63,615 bases of DNA from Obrimoposthia wandeli (lineage: Eukaryota), in the NCBI GenBank assembly GCA_977020255.1, contig CDROCS010001688.1, positions 248,001-311,615 on the forward strand, written 5' to 3'. The notes under the pieces were generated by a model, which worked only from the letters and a program-made list of their open reading frames with translations, had not been told where the DNA came from and searched no databases. Shown in pieces: positions 51,320 through 61,695 of this stretch. Position 1 is the stretch's first letter. The number at the start of each line of letters is the position of its first letter. Made by a program: the position numbers and the translations under genes.

Positions 51320-52174
51320 CTAAATAACGACGCTACGCCCTGTTGGTAAGTATTCAAGACTATCACCAAGTACACCTTTGAGTAATCCATACGCCTTCAT
51401 ACCAGTACAGTGCCCGGTATATAACTTATCTATTGGGTAACTTAATAATGTTTCCCCGATAGCCTCAATGTCTTTTTTGCTACCACCAATGCTGTTAAAT
51501 AGGGGGAGCCCAACTAAGTGAAAGCCACCTACAACGGCCTTAATTCTGGTATTGGGAAAAAGCTCAATCGCTGTCTCAACCATATTAAGCACCCCACTAT
51601 GTGCACAGCCTGTGAATACGATAAGACCATCACTTTCTTTGATAATCATAAGCAACTCATGGTCAAATGTATCTGGTTTACAGCCCCCCACCCCAGAGTC
51701 AGTGAAAAGGTATTGATTACCTTTCGGCTTTTTATACTTGCTACTTATTTTTGTAATAATAAAAATATTGGGGAGTATTTCTGTTGTCTTATTAACGAAG
51801 CTAAATCTTTCCTTGGCGTTATCTAGTAAGTTCTTATCAATACCTACATTAGTTTTAAAACCAAACGCTTTGAAACAATAGTCTGTTTCTTCGCATTCAC
51901 GAAAAAACACCTGTGCTTTAGAGTTACGATCAAGGAAATGACTAACACCATTACAATGATCATGATGTCGATGTGAGATAACAGCAGCATCTACATCTTG
52001 GATTTTAACATTTAATAACAATGCATTATCACAAAAAGCTTTACTACTTCCTGCATCAAATAACACCTGCCGACCCATTGTATTCACATGAAGAGAAAGG
52101 CCTCTTTCAACCTTAAGGTCTGTTCTATTATCCAAACGTGTATTATCAACTAAAGCTGTAAGTTTCATAGTCAC
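51320..52174 (-). CDS. MBL-fold metallo-hydrolase
   Basis: ERGLSL, SHRHHDHCNG, GCAHSG, GGFHL, GHCTG. Confidence 0.9.
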   Translation of the reverse strand: MTMKLTALVDNTRLDNRTDLKVERGLSLHVNTMGRQVLFDAGSSKAFCDNALLLNVKIQDVDAAVISHRHHDHCNGVSHFLDRNSKAQVFFRECEETDYCFKAFGFKTNVGIDKNLLDNAKERFSFVNKTTEILPNIFIITKISSKYKKPKGNQYLFTDSGVGGCKPDTFDHELLMIIKESDGLIVFTGCAHSGVLNMVETAIELFPNTRIKAVVGGFHLVGLPLFNSIGGSKKDIEAIGETLLSYPIDKLYTGHCTGMKAYGLLKGVLGDSLEYLPTGRSVVI

Positions 52175-52239
52175 CTAATGGGGATTGTCATTCATTGTCT
52201 GAACTAAATATGAGATGATCTTTTCGTAGTATATAAAAA

Positions 52240-52285
52240 AGCCCTATTCAATATCAGCTAGATTAAGCGGCTATTGAATAGGGCT
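52240..52285 (-). terminator. Terminator/RNase III-type hairpin enclosing the arfA stop codon
   Basis: 14-bp arms 52240-52253 and 52272-52285, U-tract after the stem on the minus strand. Confidence 0.8.
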
Positions 52286-52502
52286 CCTGCCCTTTATATT
52301 TGTCCTTTCGCTGAAAGCTTCCTTTTCCTTTTTTCGCTTTTACCACACGTGTTGCGAACAATTTACTGGTAACAACAGCTTTTAGTGCATTATCTCTAAT
52401 CGTTCCTCTACCAAACTCCGTATCTGTGATTTTTAGCTCTAACTGTGGAAAATCAACACTTTCTTTTTGTCTGTATTGCTTCAATTTACGTTTCTTAGGC
52501 AT
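52263..52502 (-). CDS. arfA: Alternative ribosome-rescue factor A
   Basis: GTIRDNALKA..LF.TRVVKAKKGKGSFQRK. Confidence 0.9.
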   Translation of the reverse strand: MPKKRKLKQYRQKESVDFPQLELKITDTEFGRGTIRDNALKAVVTSKLFATRVVKAKKGKGSFQRKDKYKGQEPYSIAA

Positions 52503-52565
52503 TTGCCATTCCTCATTGTTGGTGTATTTCCGTTGCTTATTTTAAAACAAAATACTATACCTCAG

Positions 52566-52642
52566 ACCCAAGTTACCTCAAAACGTTCGTTTCAGCGAGA
52601 ATTTGTTAAGCTCTAAGCAAGGCGCTTATTTATAAACCTAGG
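52566..52642. repeat. Left portion of a longer member of the same miniature repeat family
   Basis: acccaagttacctcaaaacg...ttcagcgag shared with the other copies; no matching right end. Confidence 0.6.
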
Positions 52643-52659
52643 TTGAAAATATGTGAAGT

Positions 52660-53946
52660 TTATTCATCGCTAGTCGCATCTATTGGTTTTTCACCGCTAT
52701 AAATATGTTTTTTATATAGCTGAAGAAAATCAATCACAATCTCTCGTGCAAATTTTGTTTCGCAATTTGTTAAAAAAACCATACCTGTTTGCGTTAAAGG
52801 GTTAAAAAGTATTTCAGTTCGTATTCCTTTTATCCAACCACCATGATGAACAAACCCCGTAATGCCTTGGTAATCGAATGTTCGCCAACCTAACCCGTAA
52901 TAAACATTACTCATCTTTGCTCTATATCGTGTTTGGTTCGCCCGAATGTGTGCTTTATGCATAATAGCTAACGATGAAGGGCGTAATACTGATGGATTAT
53001 GCCCTAAATGTGCCAATATCCACTTTGCAAGATCTTGAGCACTCGCATTTAGACCTGCCGCAGCAGGAACGCGATAATAATAAGGTTCTGGCTTCACGGC
53101 TGCCCAGCCTGATTTTACTTTAACATGTGGTTCAACACGATTTTTGCTGGCTTTAAATGCATCAAAACCAACAGAAGCATGATCCATATTTAACGGAATT
53201 AATAGTTGCTCTTTGACCAGTACGTCGTAATCATGCCCTGAAGCAAGTTCCACCATCTCTGCACTTAGGTTATAAACCACATTTTGATAACCATAACAAT
53301 CACCCGGTTGGCACACAAAATCAATCAGAGGAATCCTTTTCCTTATTTTTGCATAACTGACATTCTGCTCTAACAAATCAGAATAAGCTTGAGGCACTAA
53401 ACCTGTAGTATGTGACAAAACATGGCGCAGCGTAATAATGCTACCTTGTGCCGGGTCGCTAAATTCAATGCTTTCAAGATAAGGAACCACATAGGTATCC
53501 CAATCAATCATCCCTTTATCGACCAACACCGAAGTAACCGCTGAAGCAAATGTTTTCGAAATAGAAGCAAGCGGAAATACAGTGCCAGAAGTAACCCGAT
53601 TCTTCCCGCCGACTTTCTTTACGCCATAACCTCGAAGTAAGCGAATTCGCCCATCGATGATGATCGCAATAGCTGCACCGGGAATGTCTTTTTTTACCGC
53701 TTTAGTTACTGAATCATGCAGTGTGTAAACAAGCTTATCACCCGGAGCCGCGTCGCTATTCACCACAGTACATAGCGCCAGTAGCAGCACCAATCCCCTT
53801 CCTGCTGTACATACTTGTCTAGTAAACGCTTTTCTAGTAAACGTTATTCTCATACGAGTGGAGCTAATAAAAAAAGATATACAACGACTAGATAGTAACC
53901 GCAGCCCTTTGCCATACTGCGAAGTAAATCTGGGCACTGAACTCAC
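52660..53946 (-). CDS. Serine hydrolase (beta-lactamase class C-like); true start uncertain, possibly 53853
   Basis: FPLASISKT (SxxK), LLSHTTG-like VLSHTTG, YGYQN (YxN), HHGG. Confidence 0.85.
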   Translation of the reverse strand: MSSVPRFTSQYGKGLRLLSSRCISFFISSTRMRITFTRKAFTRQVCTAGRGLVLLLALCTVVNSDAAPGDKLVYTLHDSVTKAVKKDIPGAAIAIIIDGRIRLLRGYGVKKVGGKNRVTSGTVFPLASISKTFASAVTSVLVDKGMIDWDTYVVPYLESIEFSDPAQGSIITLRHVLSHTTGLVPQAYSDLLEQNVSYAKIRKRIPLIDFVCQPGDCYGYQNVVYNLSAEMVELASGHDYDVLVKEQLLIPLNMDHASVGFDAFKASKNRVEPHVKVKSGWAAVKPEPYYYRVPAAAGLNASAQDLAKWILAHLGHNPSVLRPSSLAIMHKAHIRANQTRYRAKMSNVYYGLGWRTFDYQGITGFVHHGGWIKGIRTEILFNPLTQTGMVFLTNCETKFAREIVIDFLQLYKKHIYSGEKPIDATSDE

Positions 53947-54792
53947 CTAAGACAATAAAAACGACGTCTTTATTTTAGTTGGAAAACGCGAAGTCTGTTT
54001 CGACGGTGAGTGTCTATTCTATGATTACTCAATCAATCTCAATATTGATTCAGTGGCTTGAGGTTAATACCAAATCCATCAATTATCTGTTCAGTTCAGC
54101 GAGAGTTAAAATACTTTTAGGCAAGGAGATAAATTGAGGATCTAGTGGCTCTAAATTGAAATTTATTAACGAAGTATAAAAGTATTTTAAGCTCGCCCAA
54201 AGGGAACACCACTGGAAGCCAACTTCCGTGTCTAGCGATTTCAAAAGAGAACCCTCTTCTATCAACCGCTATCCTTGAACTAGACTCCCAGTAGTGTTCT
54301 GAATGGTCAGATAATTGATGGAGTTGGTATAATTCGTTCATCAGCAAGTACGTGATATTTATAATCACATCAAGTTACATTCAAAAATAACAAAGAGATC
54401 CGACGTCCTCTACAGTTAATGAAGCTCAAGGTAGCTTCGTGTATGGTCAGTTAAGGACCGTCATTATTTTATACTGTAAGATTTACGTGTTGTTCCACAT
54501 TATAGAAAAATGATTTGTATTATCACCATACACTCTTGATAGTGTTGTTATTGACTGGTTTGTTAGCGGTATCATTTAGATACACATGCCAATTTGTTAC
54601 GATATAAATGATAAATATAGCTTTTAAATACTATTTTTAAAATTTTTATCTTTATGATTCCAAAGGGGTTAAACTCATCCGATGAGTTTGGAGTTGAGAC
54701 ATAAAGCACAAAAATATTTTTATTAAGGGCGAATATCGTTACAATACGCGCCCTCACTATTTAGTGAGACATTATTTAAAAAGGTCAGATCC

Positions 54793-55470
54793 ATGAAAGT
54801 AGTCGATTTTCTCAAGCAAAAGCGAGTTACGCTAGCGCAGCATCCATTTGAATTCAAAGACTGGCTATCACCCTCTATTCGCGATTACTGGATCGAGTTT
54901 TTAAGCAAAGCTAACAATAGTCAGCTTGCTACTTGGGTTAAAGAACAAAAAATCGCATCGACTGGAGAATCAATTGCCCAACCGGCACCGATTCAAATAC
55001 ACCCAGAAGCAGAAAAAATCCAAACTGAGCTTACCGCTACACTAGGGGAAGAAATTCACGTTGGCGATTGGCTGATTGTTGATCAATCTCGAATTAACAG
55101 CTTTGCAGCAGTTACAGAAGATCATCAATGGATTCACACTGACCAAGACCGTGCGGCAAATGAATCACCATTTAAAACAACCATTGCGCATGGCTTCTTA
55201 ACGTTATCTTTGCTATCAGTATTAACAGACAGTGTAAACCCTGACAACACCAAATTTCCTTCGGCTAAAATGACCGTTAATTACGGCCTGAACCAAGTTC
55301 GTTTTCCATATCCTGTTAAAGAAGGCAATCGCGTACGCGCACGTACAAAGATTCAGTCTGTAACACCCATCAAACGTGGGCTGGAAATTGTTCAAGAAAT
55401 ATCTGTAGAGATCGAAGGCTGTCGTCGACCAGGTTGTGTCGCAGAATCTGTTATTCGTTTGTATTTCTAA
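54793..55470 (+). CDS. MaoC-family dehydratase with N-terminal extension
   Basis: FAAVTEDHQWIHTD, TIAHGFLTLSL, NYGLNQVRF. Confidence 0.9.
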   Translation: MKVVDFLKQKRVTLAQHPFEFKDWLSPSIRDYWIEFLSKANNSQLATWVKEQKIASTGESIAQPAPIQIHPEAEKIQTELTATLGEEIHVGDWLIVDQSRINSFAAVTEDHQWIHTDQDRAANESPFKTTIAHGFLTLSLLSVLTDSVNPDNTKFPSAKMTVNYGLNQVRFPYPVKEGNRVRARTKIQSVTPIKRGLEIVQEISVEIEGCRRPGCVAESVIRLYF

Positions 55471-55502
55471 TATGATCTAATAGAGCATTTTAAACACCAA
55501 AC

Positions 55503-55530
55503 AAAAAAGCCATCTACAGATGGCTTTTTT
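55503..55530. terminator. Bidirectional terminator
   Basis: aaaaaagccatct-ac-agatggctttttt. Confidence 0.85.
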
Positions 55531-55568
55531 AGTTTAAGAGCAAAACATAAACACGCTATACAACGCTT

Positions 55569-56258
55569 TTACTCTTCTTTATTAATGACTTTTAACGCTT
55601 CTTTTTTGCTTAACTCTGACAACTGTTCATTGTGCTTCTCAACAAACTCAATAACATAATCAGGGTTTGTTTTAGAATATTCCCGCAACACCCAGCCTAT
55701 TGCTTTACGAATAAAGAACTCATTTTCATTCGCAAGCAATAAAATGGTTTCTTCAAGCAATGGGATATTCGTGTCATCTTTATGCTTTAAGTGTGCAAGT
55801 AATGATGCACGACGTAGCCACATATTATCAGATTGACGCCATTCAATAAGCTTCGCTTCAAATTCACGGTAATCTTTAACTAAGCCACCAATCAAATTTG
55901 ATGCTAGCTTATCAACGGTATCCCAATTATCTGCTGTTTCTAACATTTCTTCATAAATGCTGAATGCATCTGGTGTACGAAAAGCTTTGTAGTATTCTGC
56001 AACATCCATCGCTAAATACAATTCTTCACGATAAACACCAGACCATAACCATAATACCAATCGACGATACTGAACAAAGTCAGCAACATCGGTATGCTCA
56101 CGCGCTTTTTTGAATACAGTTTTACGCTCAGGTGCTTTTACCCCATAAAACGGTTGTTCCGTTTTCATATATTCTTGCATGGAAATAGCATCATCAGCAT
56201 TTGAAACTTCCACCAAATGCTGTTGCATATAAATAACCATGGGTATCATCAATGACAT
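55569..56258 (-). CDS. DNA alkylation repair protein (AlkD-like)
   Basis: NWDTVD, WLRRAS, EFFIRKAIGWVLREYSK. Confidence 0.9.
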   Translation of the reverse strand: MSLMIPMVIYMQQHLVEVSNADDAISMQEYMKTEQPFYGVKAPERKTVFKKAREHTDVADFVQYRRLVLWLWSGVYREELYLAMDVAEYYKAFRTPDAFSIYEEMLETADNWDTVDKLASNLIGGLVKDYREFEAKLIEWRQSDNMWLRRASLLAHLKHKDDTNIPLLEETILLLANENEFFIRKAIGWVLREYSKTNPDYVIEFVEKHNEQLSELSKKEALKVINKEE

Positions 56259-56443
56259 GACAATGACTTCCTTCTAAAACAGACTTATTGCTTATATTGG
56301 CTCGTATTTAGCGAACAACTAAAGCTTTATTATATTGGGCCGCATTTGAACATAAGTTACATCACTTTAACAATACATGATGTAACTTATTGTCCTTTCA
56401 AGTCTTTGAATCTTAGGGAGCAACACTTTCAATTTATAACCGA

Positions 56444-57265
56444 CTACTTTTCAATCACTTTACTGATCTTTCCTTGATAACTTAAATAATCAAGAATGGA
56501 ATCAATTTGTTCTGTCGACAAATCAAGGTGATCAGGCATTTGTGTATAGCGAAATTGAGAAGGCTGTCGAATATATTTACGTAACATTTCTTTCGAACGA
56601 TAAGACACAATACTCATTGGCGCATTCAAATCAGGCCCTAACTTTCCCCCTTGCTGATCCATCGAATGGCATTTAATGCAACGGTCTTTAAAGATTTCAA
56701 ACCCTTGATACACCGTTGAGGTTGGCTCAACACCTTCTGGATACACTAAAGGGTATTGATCTTTAAATTGCAGCATATTGACGCTAGCCAATTGGTAAGG
56801 CCAAGGGAAAGCTTGTTCTGGTGTTTGCTTCTCTCCTTTCCACACCATGTAAAAAGGACCAGGGTTGGCTTTGTGGTGCCCTATCGGCTGCCAACCTGCA
56901 TCTGCTTTATAAACAATATAACCGCCAGCTATTGATATTTTGTCAAAGGTTGAAACCGCTTGATAGCCATCTAGCGCTGTAAATTTAACATCGGTGTAGG
57001 GTTTATTTTTCCAGTCTTTCCCGTATGCCAATACCATGACATCATTAAGCAAAAACGCATCATAGGCTTTCTCTGCCTCATAATGGGGATCATAAATTGT
57101 AATTTGATGCGTTGGTAATTTGTCTTTCAATACACTTAATGAAAATGTTTGCTCGTTTTTATCTGACTCAGAAAACATCAGCGTTGCTTGTTCAGCATAA
57201 GCATCTAATGACACCATACAAATAGCTGATAATAAAATAGATTTCATGAACATCCTAATCATCAC
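56444..57265 (-). CDS. Periplasmic monoheme cytochrome c with N-terminal molybdopterin-oxidoreductase-like domain
   Basis: Signal peptide; ALDGY, PGPFYMVW, WPYQL; CIKCH heme site; GPDLN, MP distal Met. Confidence 0.78.
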   Translation of the reverse strand: MMIRMFMKSILLSAICMVSLDAYAEQATLMFSESDKNEQTFSLSVLKDKLPTHQITIYDPHYEAEKAYDAFLLNDVMVLAYGKDWKNKPYTDVKFTALDGYQAVSTFDKISIAGGYIVYKADAGWQPIGHHKANPGPFYMVWKGEKQTPEQAFPWPYQLASVNMLQFKDQYPLVYPEGVEPTSTVYQGFEIFKDRCIKCHSMDQQGGKLGPDLNAPMSIVSYRSKEMLRKYIRQPSQFRYTQMPDHLDLSTEQIDSILDYLSYQGKISKVIEK

Positions 57266-57583
57266 TCTTCCCTTAATGATTGATGCATTACCTAAAGATT
57301 TACAAAAATAACCCGCTTAGGTACTGCCTTTGATTTTCTAATTATCGATTTACTTCTTACACGTAAATTACAATACATTATCACTACAAGATTGGTAACA
57401 TCCATCGATCACAATACTGTCAATTAATTAACCATAATGTTCACCTTAAACCTAAACATTACAACATCCTGAAAGAACAGTATTTAGACCGATTTAATTG
57501 ACGGTTCAGCTTCTACTTTCTAGGGTGAATATAGGGAAATGTATAAACAATAGAAAACACCATGGCTGATTTAGGGAATAGAT

Positions 57584-58951
57584 ATGAATGCCAGAGATGT
57601 TAAAACGATCGATGATGTAAAAAAAATAATCACAGAACGTAAAATTACTCACGTAAAAGTCGGCTTATTCGATAACGATGGTGTCATGCGTGGAAAGTAC
57701 ATGTCTAAGTCTAAATTCTTTTCTTCTTTAGAACATGGCTTTGCTTTTTGTGATGTTGTTCTTGGTTGGGATGTTAAAGATCAGCTTTACGATAATGCGC
57801 AATATACGGGTTGGCACACGGGTTACCCTGATGCCCCCGTAAGAATCATTCCAGAAAGCTGCCGTGATGTACTTGATGAAGATGACATGCTGTTATTCAT
57901 TGCAGAGTTTACAGAAGACGCTGAAAAAGTGTGCCCACGAGCGACGCTTCGCCGTGTATTACGACTCGCCGATAAAATGGGATTCAATGTGCAAGCCGCT
58001 TTTGAATATGAATTTTTTCTTTTCAACGAGACCCCGCATTCAGCAAGAGAAAAAGGCTTTTGTAACCTCGAAACTATTACACCCGATTGGTTTGGTTATT
58101 CCATGATTCGTAATTCTACTTACTCGGGGCTCTACAAAAGTATTCTTGCCATGGGTGAAAAAATGGACTTCCCCATCGAAAGTATTCATTCCGAAACAGG
58201 CCCTGGAGTCATAGAAGCAGCGATCACTGTTGATCACGCCATCAATGCAGCAGATAAAGCGGCATTATTTAAAACCTATATGAAAGTATTAGCCCAAAAA
58301 AATGATCTACTCGCCACCTTCATGGCGAAATGGAGTAACGACTACCCCGGTCAGAGCGGGCATATTCATATTTCGTTGCAGAACAAAGACGGTTCTTCTG
58401 CTTTTTTTGAAACCAATAACGATCTCAATATGAGTGATATTCAGCGTCACTTTCTTGCTGGACAGCAACGGCTAATGCCAGAAATTTTGTGCATGATTGC
58501 GCCAACCATTAATAGCTATTCACGCATGATACCCGGCTTTTGGGCTCCTACAGAGGCAACTTGGGGCGTAGAAAACCGTACAACGGCATTGCGCTTAATT
58601 AAAGGTTCAGAAAAATCACAACGCGTGGAATATCGAATTGGTGCGGCAGATGCTAATCCCTACCTTGCTTTAGCAGCAGCACTCGCATCAGGGTTGTATG
58701 GGATCACTCAGCAATGGGAACCTTTCAACCAAGTTATAGGCAATGCTTACGATCAGCAACACCCGCAAGAATTACAGTTACCTCATACATTATGGGAAGC
58801 AGCCCAACGTTTTAAAGCATCAAACGCTGCACGTGAAATGTTTGGCGATGAATTTGTTGATCACTTTGCAGCATCACGAGAATGGGAAGAGCGTGAATTT
58901 AGGAAGCATGTCACTGATTGGGAATTAAATCGTTACTTTGAAATTATCTAA
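57584..58951 (+). CDS. Glutamine synthetase-like protein (gamma-glutamyl-amine ligase type)
   Basis: DGVMRGK, EYEFF, HSETGPG..E, SGHIH, NSYSR, RVEYR, NPYLA. Confidence 0.9.
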   Translation: MNARDVKTIDDVKKIITERKITHVKVGLFDNDGVMRGKYMSKSKFFSSLEHGFAFCDVVLGWDVKDQLYDNAQYTGWHTGYPDAPVRIIPESCRDVLDEDDMLLFIAEFTEDAEKVCPRATLRRVLRLADKMGFNVQAAFEYEFFLFNETPHSAREKGFCNLETITPDWFGYSMIRNSTYSGLYKSILAMGEKMDFPIESIHSETGPGVIEAAITVDHAINAADKAALFKTYMKVLAQKNDLLATFMAKWSNDYPGQSGHIHISLQNKDGSSAFFETNNDLNMSDIQRHFLAGQQRLMPEILCMIAPTINSYSRMIPGFWAPTEATWGVENRTTALRLIKGSEKSQRVEYRIGAADANPYLALAAALASGLYGITQQWEPFNQVIGNAYDQQHPQELQLPHTLWEAAQRFKASNAAREMFGDEFVDHFAASREWEEREFRKHVTDWELNRYFEII

Positions 58952-59009
58952 GCGCATTAAGAATAAGCCGCCGGCTAACGACTTAGCTAACTAGATAAAG
59001 GAGGGATAC

Positions 59010-60419
59010 ATGTCAGATATAAACTCGATGAATGCAGAAATTTCCGTTATCTCGCCGATTGATAATGATGTATATATCACTCGACCATTTGCATCGCTCA
59101 CTCACATTAGTACATCGTTGAAGCAAGCCAAACAGGCTCAAACACAATGGCAAGCAACACCATTGGCTGAACGTAAAATTCTGTGTAGCAAAGCCATAGA
59201 TTGGCTAGTCAATAACAAGCACCAACTCGCAGAAGAAATCACGTGGATGATGGGACGCCCGATCCAATATAGCCTAGGAGAAATCGCTGGTTTAGAAGAG
59301 CGTGCTCGGCACATGATTGCGATCAGTGATGACGCATTGGCAACGATCGAATTACCAGAAAAGCCTTACTTTACGCGCTATATAAAACGGGTTCCGTTAG
59401 GCACAGTATTTGTAATAGCACCGTGGAACTACCCGTACCTAACCGCAATCAATTCCATCATACCAGCATTGCTATCTGGCAATAGTGTTGTGCTTAAACA
59501 CTCGGTGCAAACACCTTTATGTGCAGAGCGTCTATTTCAAGCCTTCACAGAGGCAGGCTTACCTGACGGTGTGTTTCAGTATCTGCATCTAACGCATCAA
59601 GATACAGAACATGTTATTTCATCTGGTTGTATCAACCATGTCGCATTCACTGGCTCAGTTAAGGGCGGGAAAGCCATCGAACAATTCGCTGCTGGGCAGT
59701 TAATCAGTATTGGGTTAGAGCTCGGCGGTAAAGACCCTGCGTATGTGCGTTCGGATGCTAACCTACAAGACGCTGTTGATACTATTATTGACGGGGCTTT
59801 TTTCAATTCAGGACAATCTTGCTGCAGCATTGAACGTGCTTATGTTCATAGTAGTATTTATGATGCTTTTATTGAAAAAGCGGTGCGACTAATCAATCAA
59901 TATCAACTCGGTCGTTCTGATAACCCCATTACCACATTAGGCCCGCTTGTTAACGCGAAACATGATTTTGTACGAGAGCAAAAACACAAAAGCAAGGAGA
60001 TTCAACAAGGGGCAACCACATATTGATGGTACCATTTTACCAACTTGGCAGTTGGCAGCGCCTATCTTGCCCCTCAATTACTCACCAACGTGAATCATAC
60101 AATGCGGATCATGACAGAAGAAACCTTCGGCCCCGCCCTTGGTGTGCAAAAAGTCAATTCAGATCAAGAGGCTATTATACTAATGAATGATAGCGATTTT
60201 GGCCTTACCGCGTGCATTTTCACTCAAGACATAGACAAAGGCATCCATCTTGGGGATCAACTAGAAACAGGGACATTCTTCATTAATCGATGTGATTACC
60301 TAGATCCAGCACTTGCATGGGCGGGTATAAAGCAATCTGGTCGAGGCTGTACGCTATCTTCTATCGGGTTTGAACAATTAACACGTCCTAAGTCGTATCA
60401 TGTAAAGCGCCTAATATAG
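59010..60419 (+). pseudogene. Aldehyde dehydrogenase interrupted by an in-frame TGA (60024-60026)
   Basis: APWNYP, FTGS, LELGGKDP, GQSCC in the first part; EETFGP, FFINRCD in the same frame after the stop. Confidence 0.8.
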
Positions 60420-60473
60420 GCATTTTTAATGCCCTATTGAATCCACCGTTGGTTATTATGTAGAGGAACAACT

Positions 60474-61631
60474 ATGTTACAAGGTAACTGGAATTACCCC
60501 ACTTCAATGTCTGTTGGTGTCGGCTGTGTTAATGAAATCCCAAAAGTATGCCAAGAGCTAGGGATTCAATCGCCATTATTGGTAACCGATCCAGGATTAG
60601 CCCATTTACCTGTCATTCAAGCTATCTTAAAAGATTGCCATAATGCGGGGTTAACCATCCATTTGTTTAGCAAAGTACAAAGCAACCCAACAGGGAGCAA
60701 TGTAGACGATGGTGTTAAGGCATTTAATGCTGGGCGGCATGATGCTGTTATTGCTTTTGGGGGCGGTTCTAGTATCGATACCGCTAAAGCCATTGCCTTG
60801 GTCGCCAAACAAATTCATTCATTGTGGGACTTTGAAGATGTCGGTGATAACTGGAAGCGGGCCATTACAGAATTAATTGCTCCAATAATAGCGATACCAA
60901 CCACAGCTGGTACAGGTTCTGAAGTAGGTCGAGCCTCCGTTATTACCGATCAAGAAGAACAGGTTAAAAAGATAATATTTCACCCAAAGATGTTGCCATT
61001 AAAAGTGCTTTTAGACCCAAATGTCACTCTCACGCTTCCCGCTGAAATTACCGCCGCAACAGGAATGGATGCGCTGTCTCATAACCTTGAAGCACTGTGC
61101 TCGCCGTCGTATCACCCTATGGCAGAAGGTATTGCGCTGGAAGGTATACGTCTAATTAAAGAGTACCTACCTATTGCTTATCATAATGGCCTCGATATTG
61201 ATGCTCGAACTCAGATGCTAGTCGCATCCAGTATGGGAGCAACGTCGTTTCAAAAAGGCCTAGGAGGAATGCACGCCATCGCTCATACACTCGGGGCACT
61301 TTATAACAAACATCACGGGTTATTAAACGCCATCTTAATGCCTTACGTCATGGTCGCCAACCGCCAAGAAATCGAGCTAAAGATGACTCGTGTCGGTAGC
61401 TATATCGCACTCCGACAAGCTAACTTTGATGGTGTTTTAGAATGGATTTTACAACTACGTAAAGAATTAGGTATTCCGCACACATTAAGTGCAATTGGCA
61501 TAGATACCTTACAAAGCGACTTGGTTGGTAAGATGTCAGCATCAGATGCTGCAGCAAGCGGTAACCCGATTAAATTCAATGCAGAACAATACACCATTAT
61601 TTTTTCAAATGCTGTGAAAGGTATACTTTAG
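60474..61631 (+). CDS. Iron-containing alcohol dehydrogenase
   Basis: GGGSSID, PTTAGTGSE, TGMDALSH, HAIAH, HHG. Confidence 0.93.
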   Translation: MLQGNWNYPTSMSVGVGCVNEIPKVCQELGIQSPLLVTDPGLAHLPVIQAILKDCHNAGLTIHLFSKVQSNPTGSNVDDGVKAFNAGRHDAVIAFGGGSSIDTAKAIALVAKQIHSLWDFEDVGDNWKRAITELIAPIIAIPTTAGTGSEVGRASVITDQEEQVKKIIFHPKMLPLKVLLDPNVTLTLPAEITAATGMDALSHNLEALCSPSYHPMAEGIALEGIRLIKEYLPIAYHNGLDIDARTQMLVASSMGATSFQKGLGGMHAIAHTLGALYNKHHGLLNAILMPYVMVANRQEIELKMTRVGSYIALRQANFDGVLEWILQLRKELGIPHTLSAIGIDTLQSDLVGKMSASDAAASGNPIKFNAEQYTIIFSNAVKGIL

Positions 61632-61695
61632 GCGATGTTCGTATACACTTTTATTAGCGACATACTGATTCAGTAAACTGTATGGATATGAGTCG

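Noticed and set aside
54066-54400. Two overlapping short minus-strand ORFs as a decayed defence/HEPN gene
   Set aside because: They could be one frameshifted gene, but no diagnostic motif; I cannot assign a family.
60024-60070. In-frame TGA in the ALDH as selenocysteine
   Set aside because: The catalytic Cys (GQSCC) lies about 65 codons upstream, the position is not a conserved Cys, and no convincing SECIS follows.
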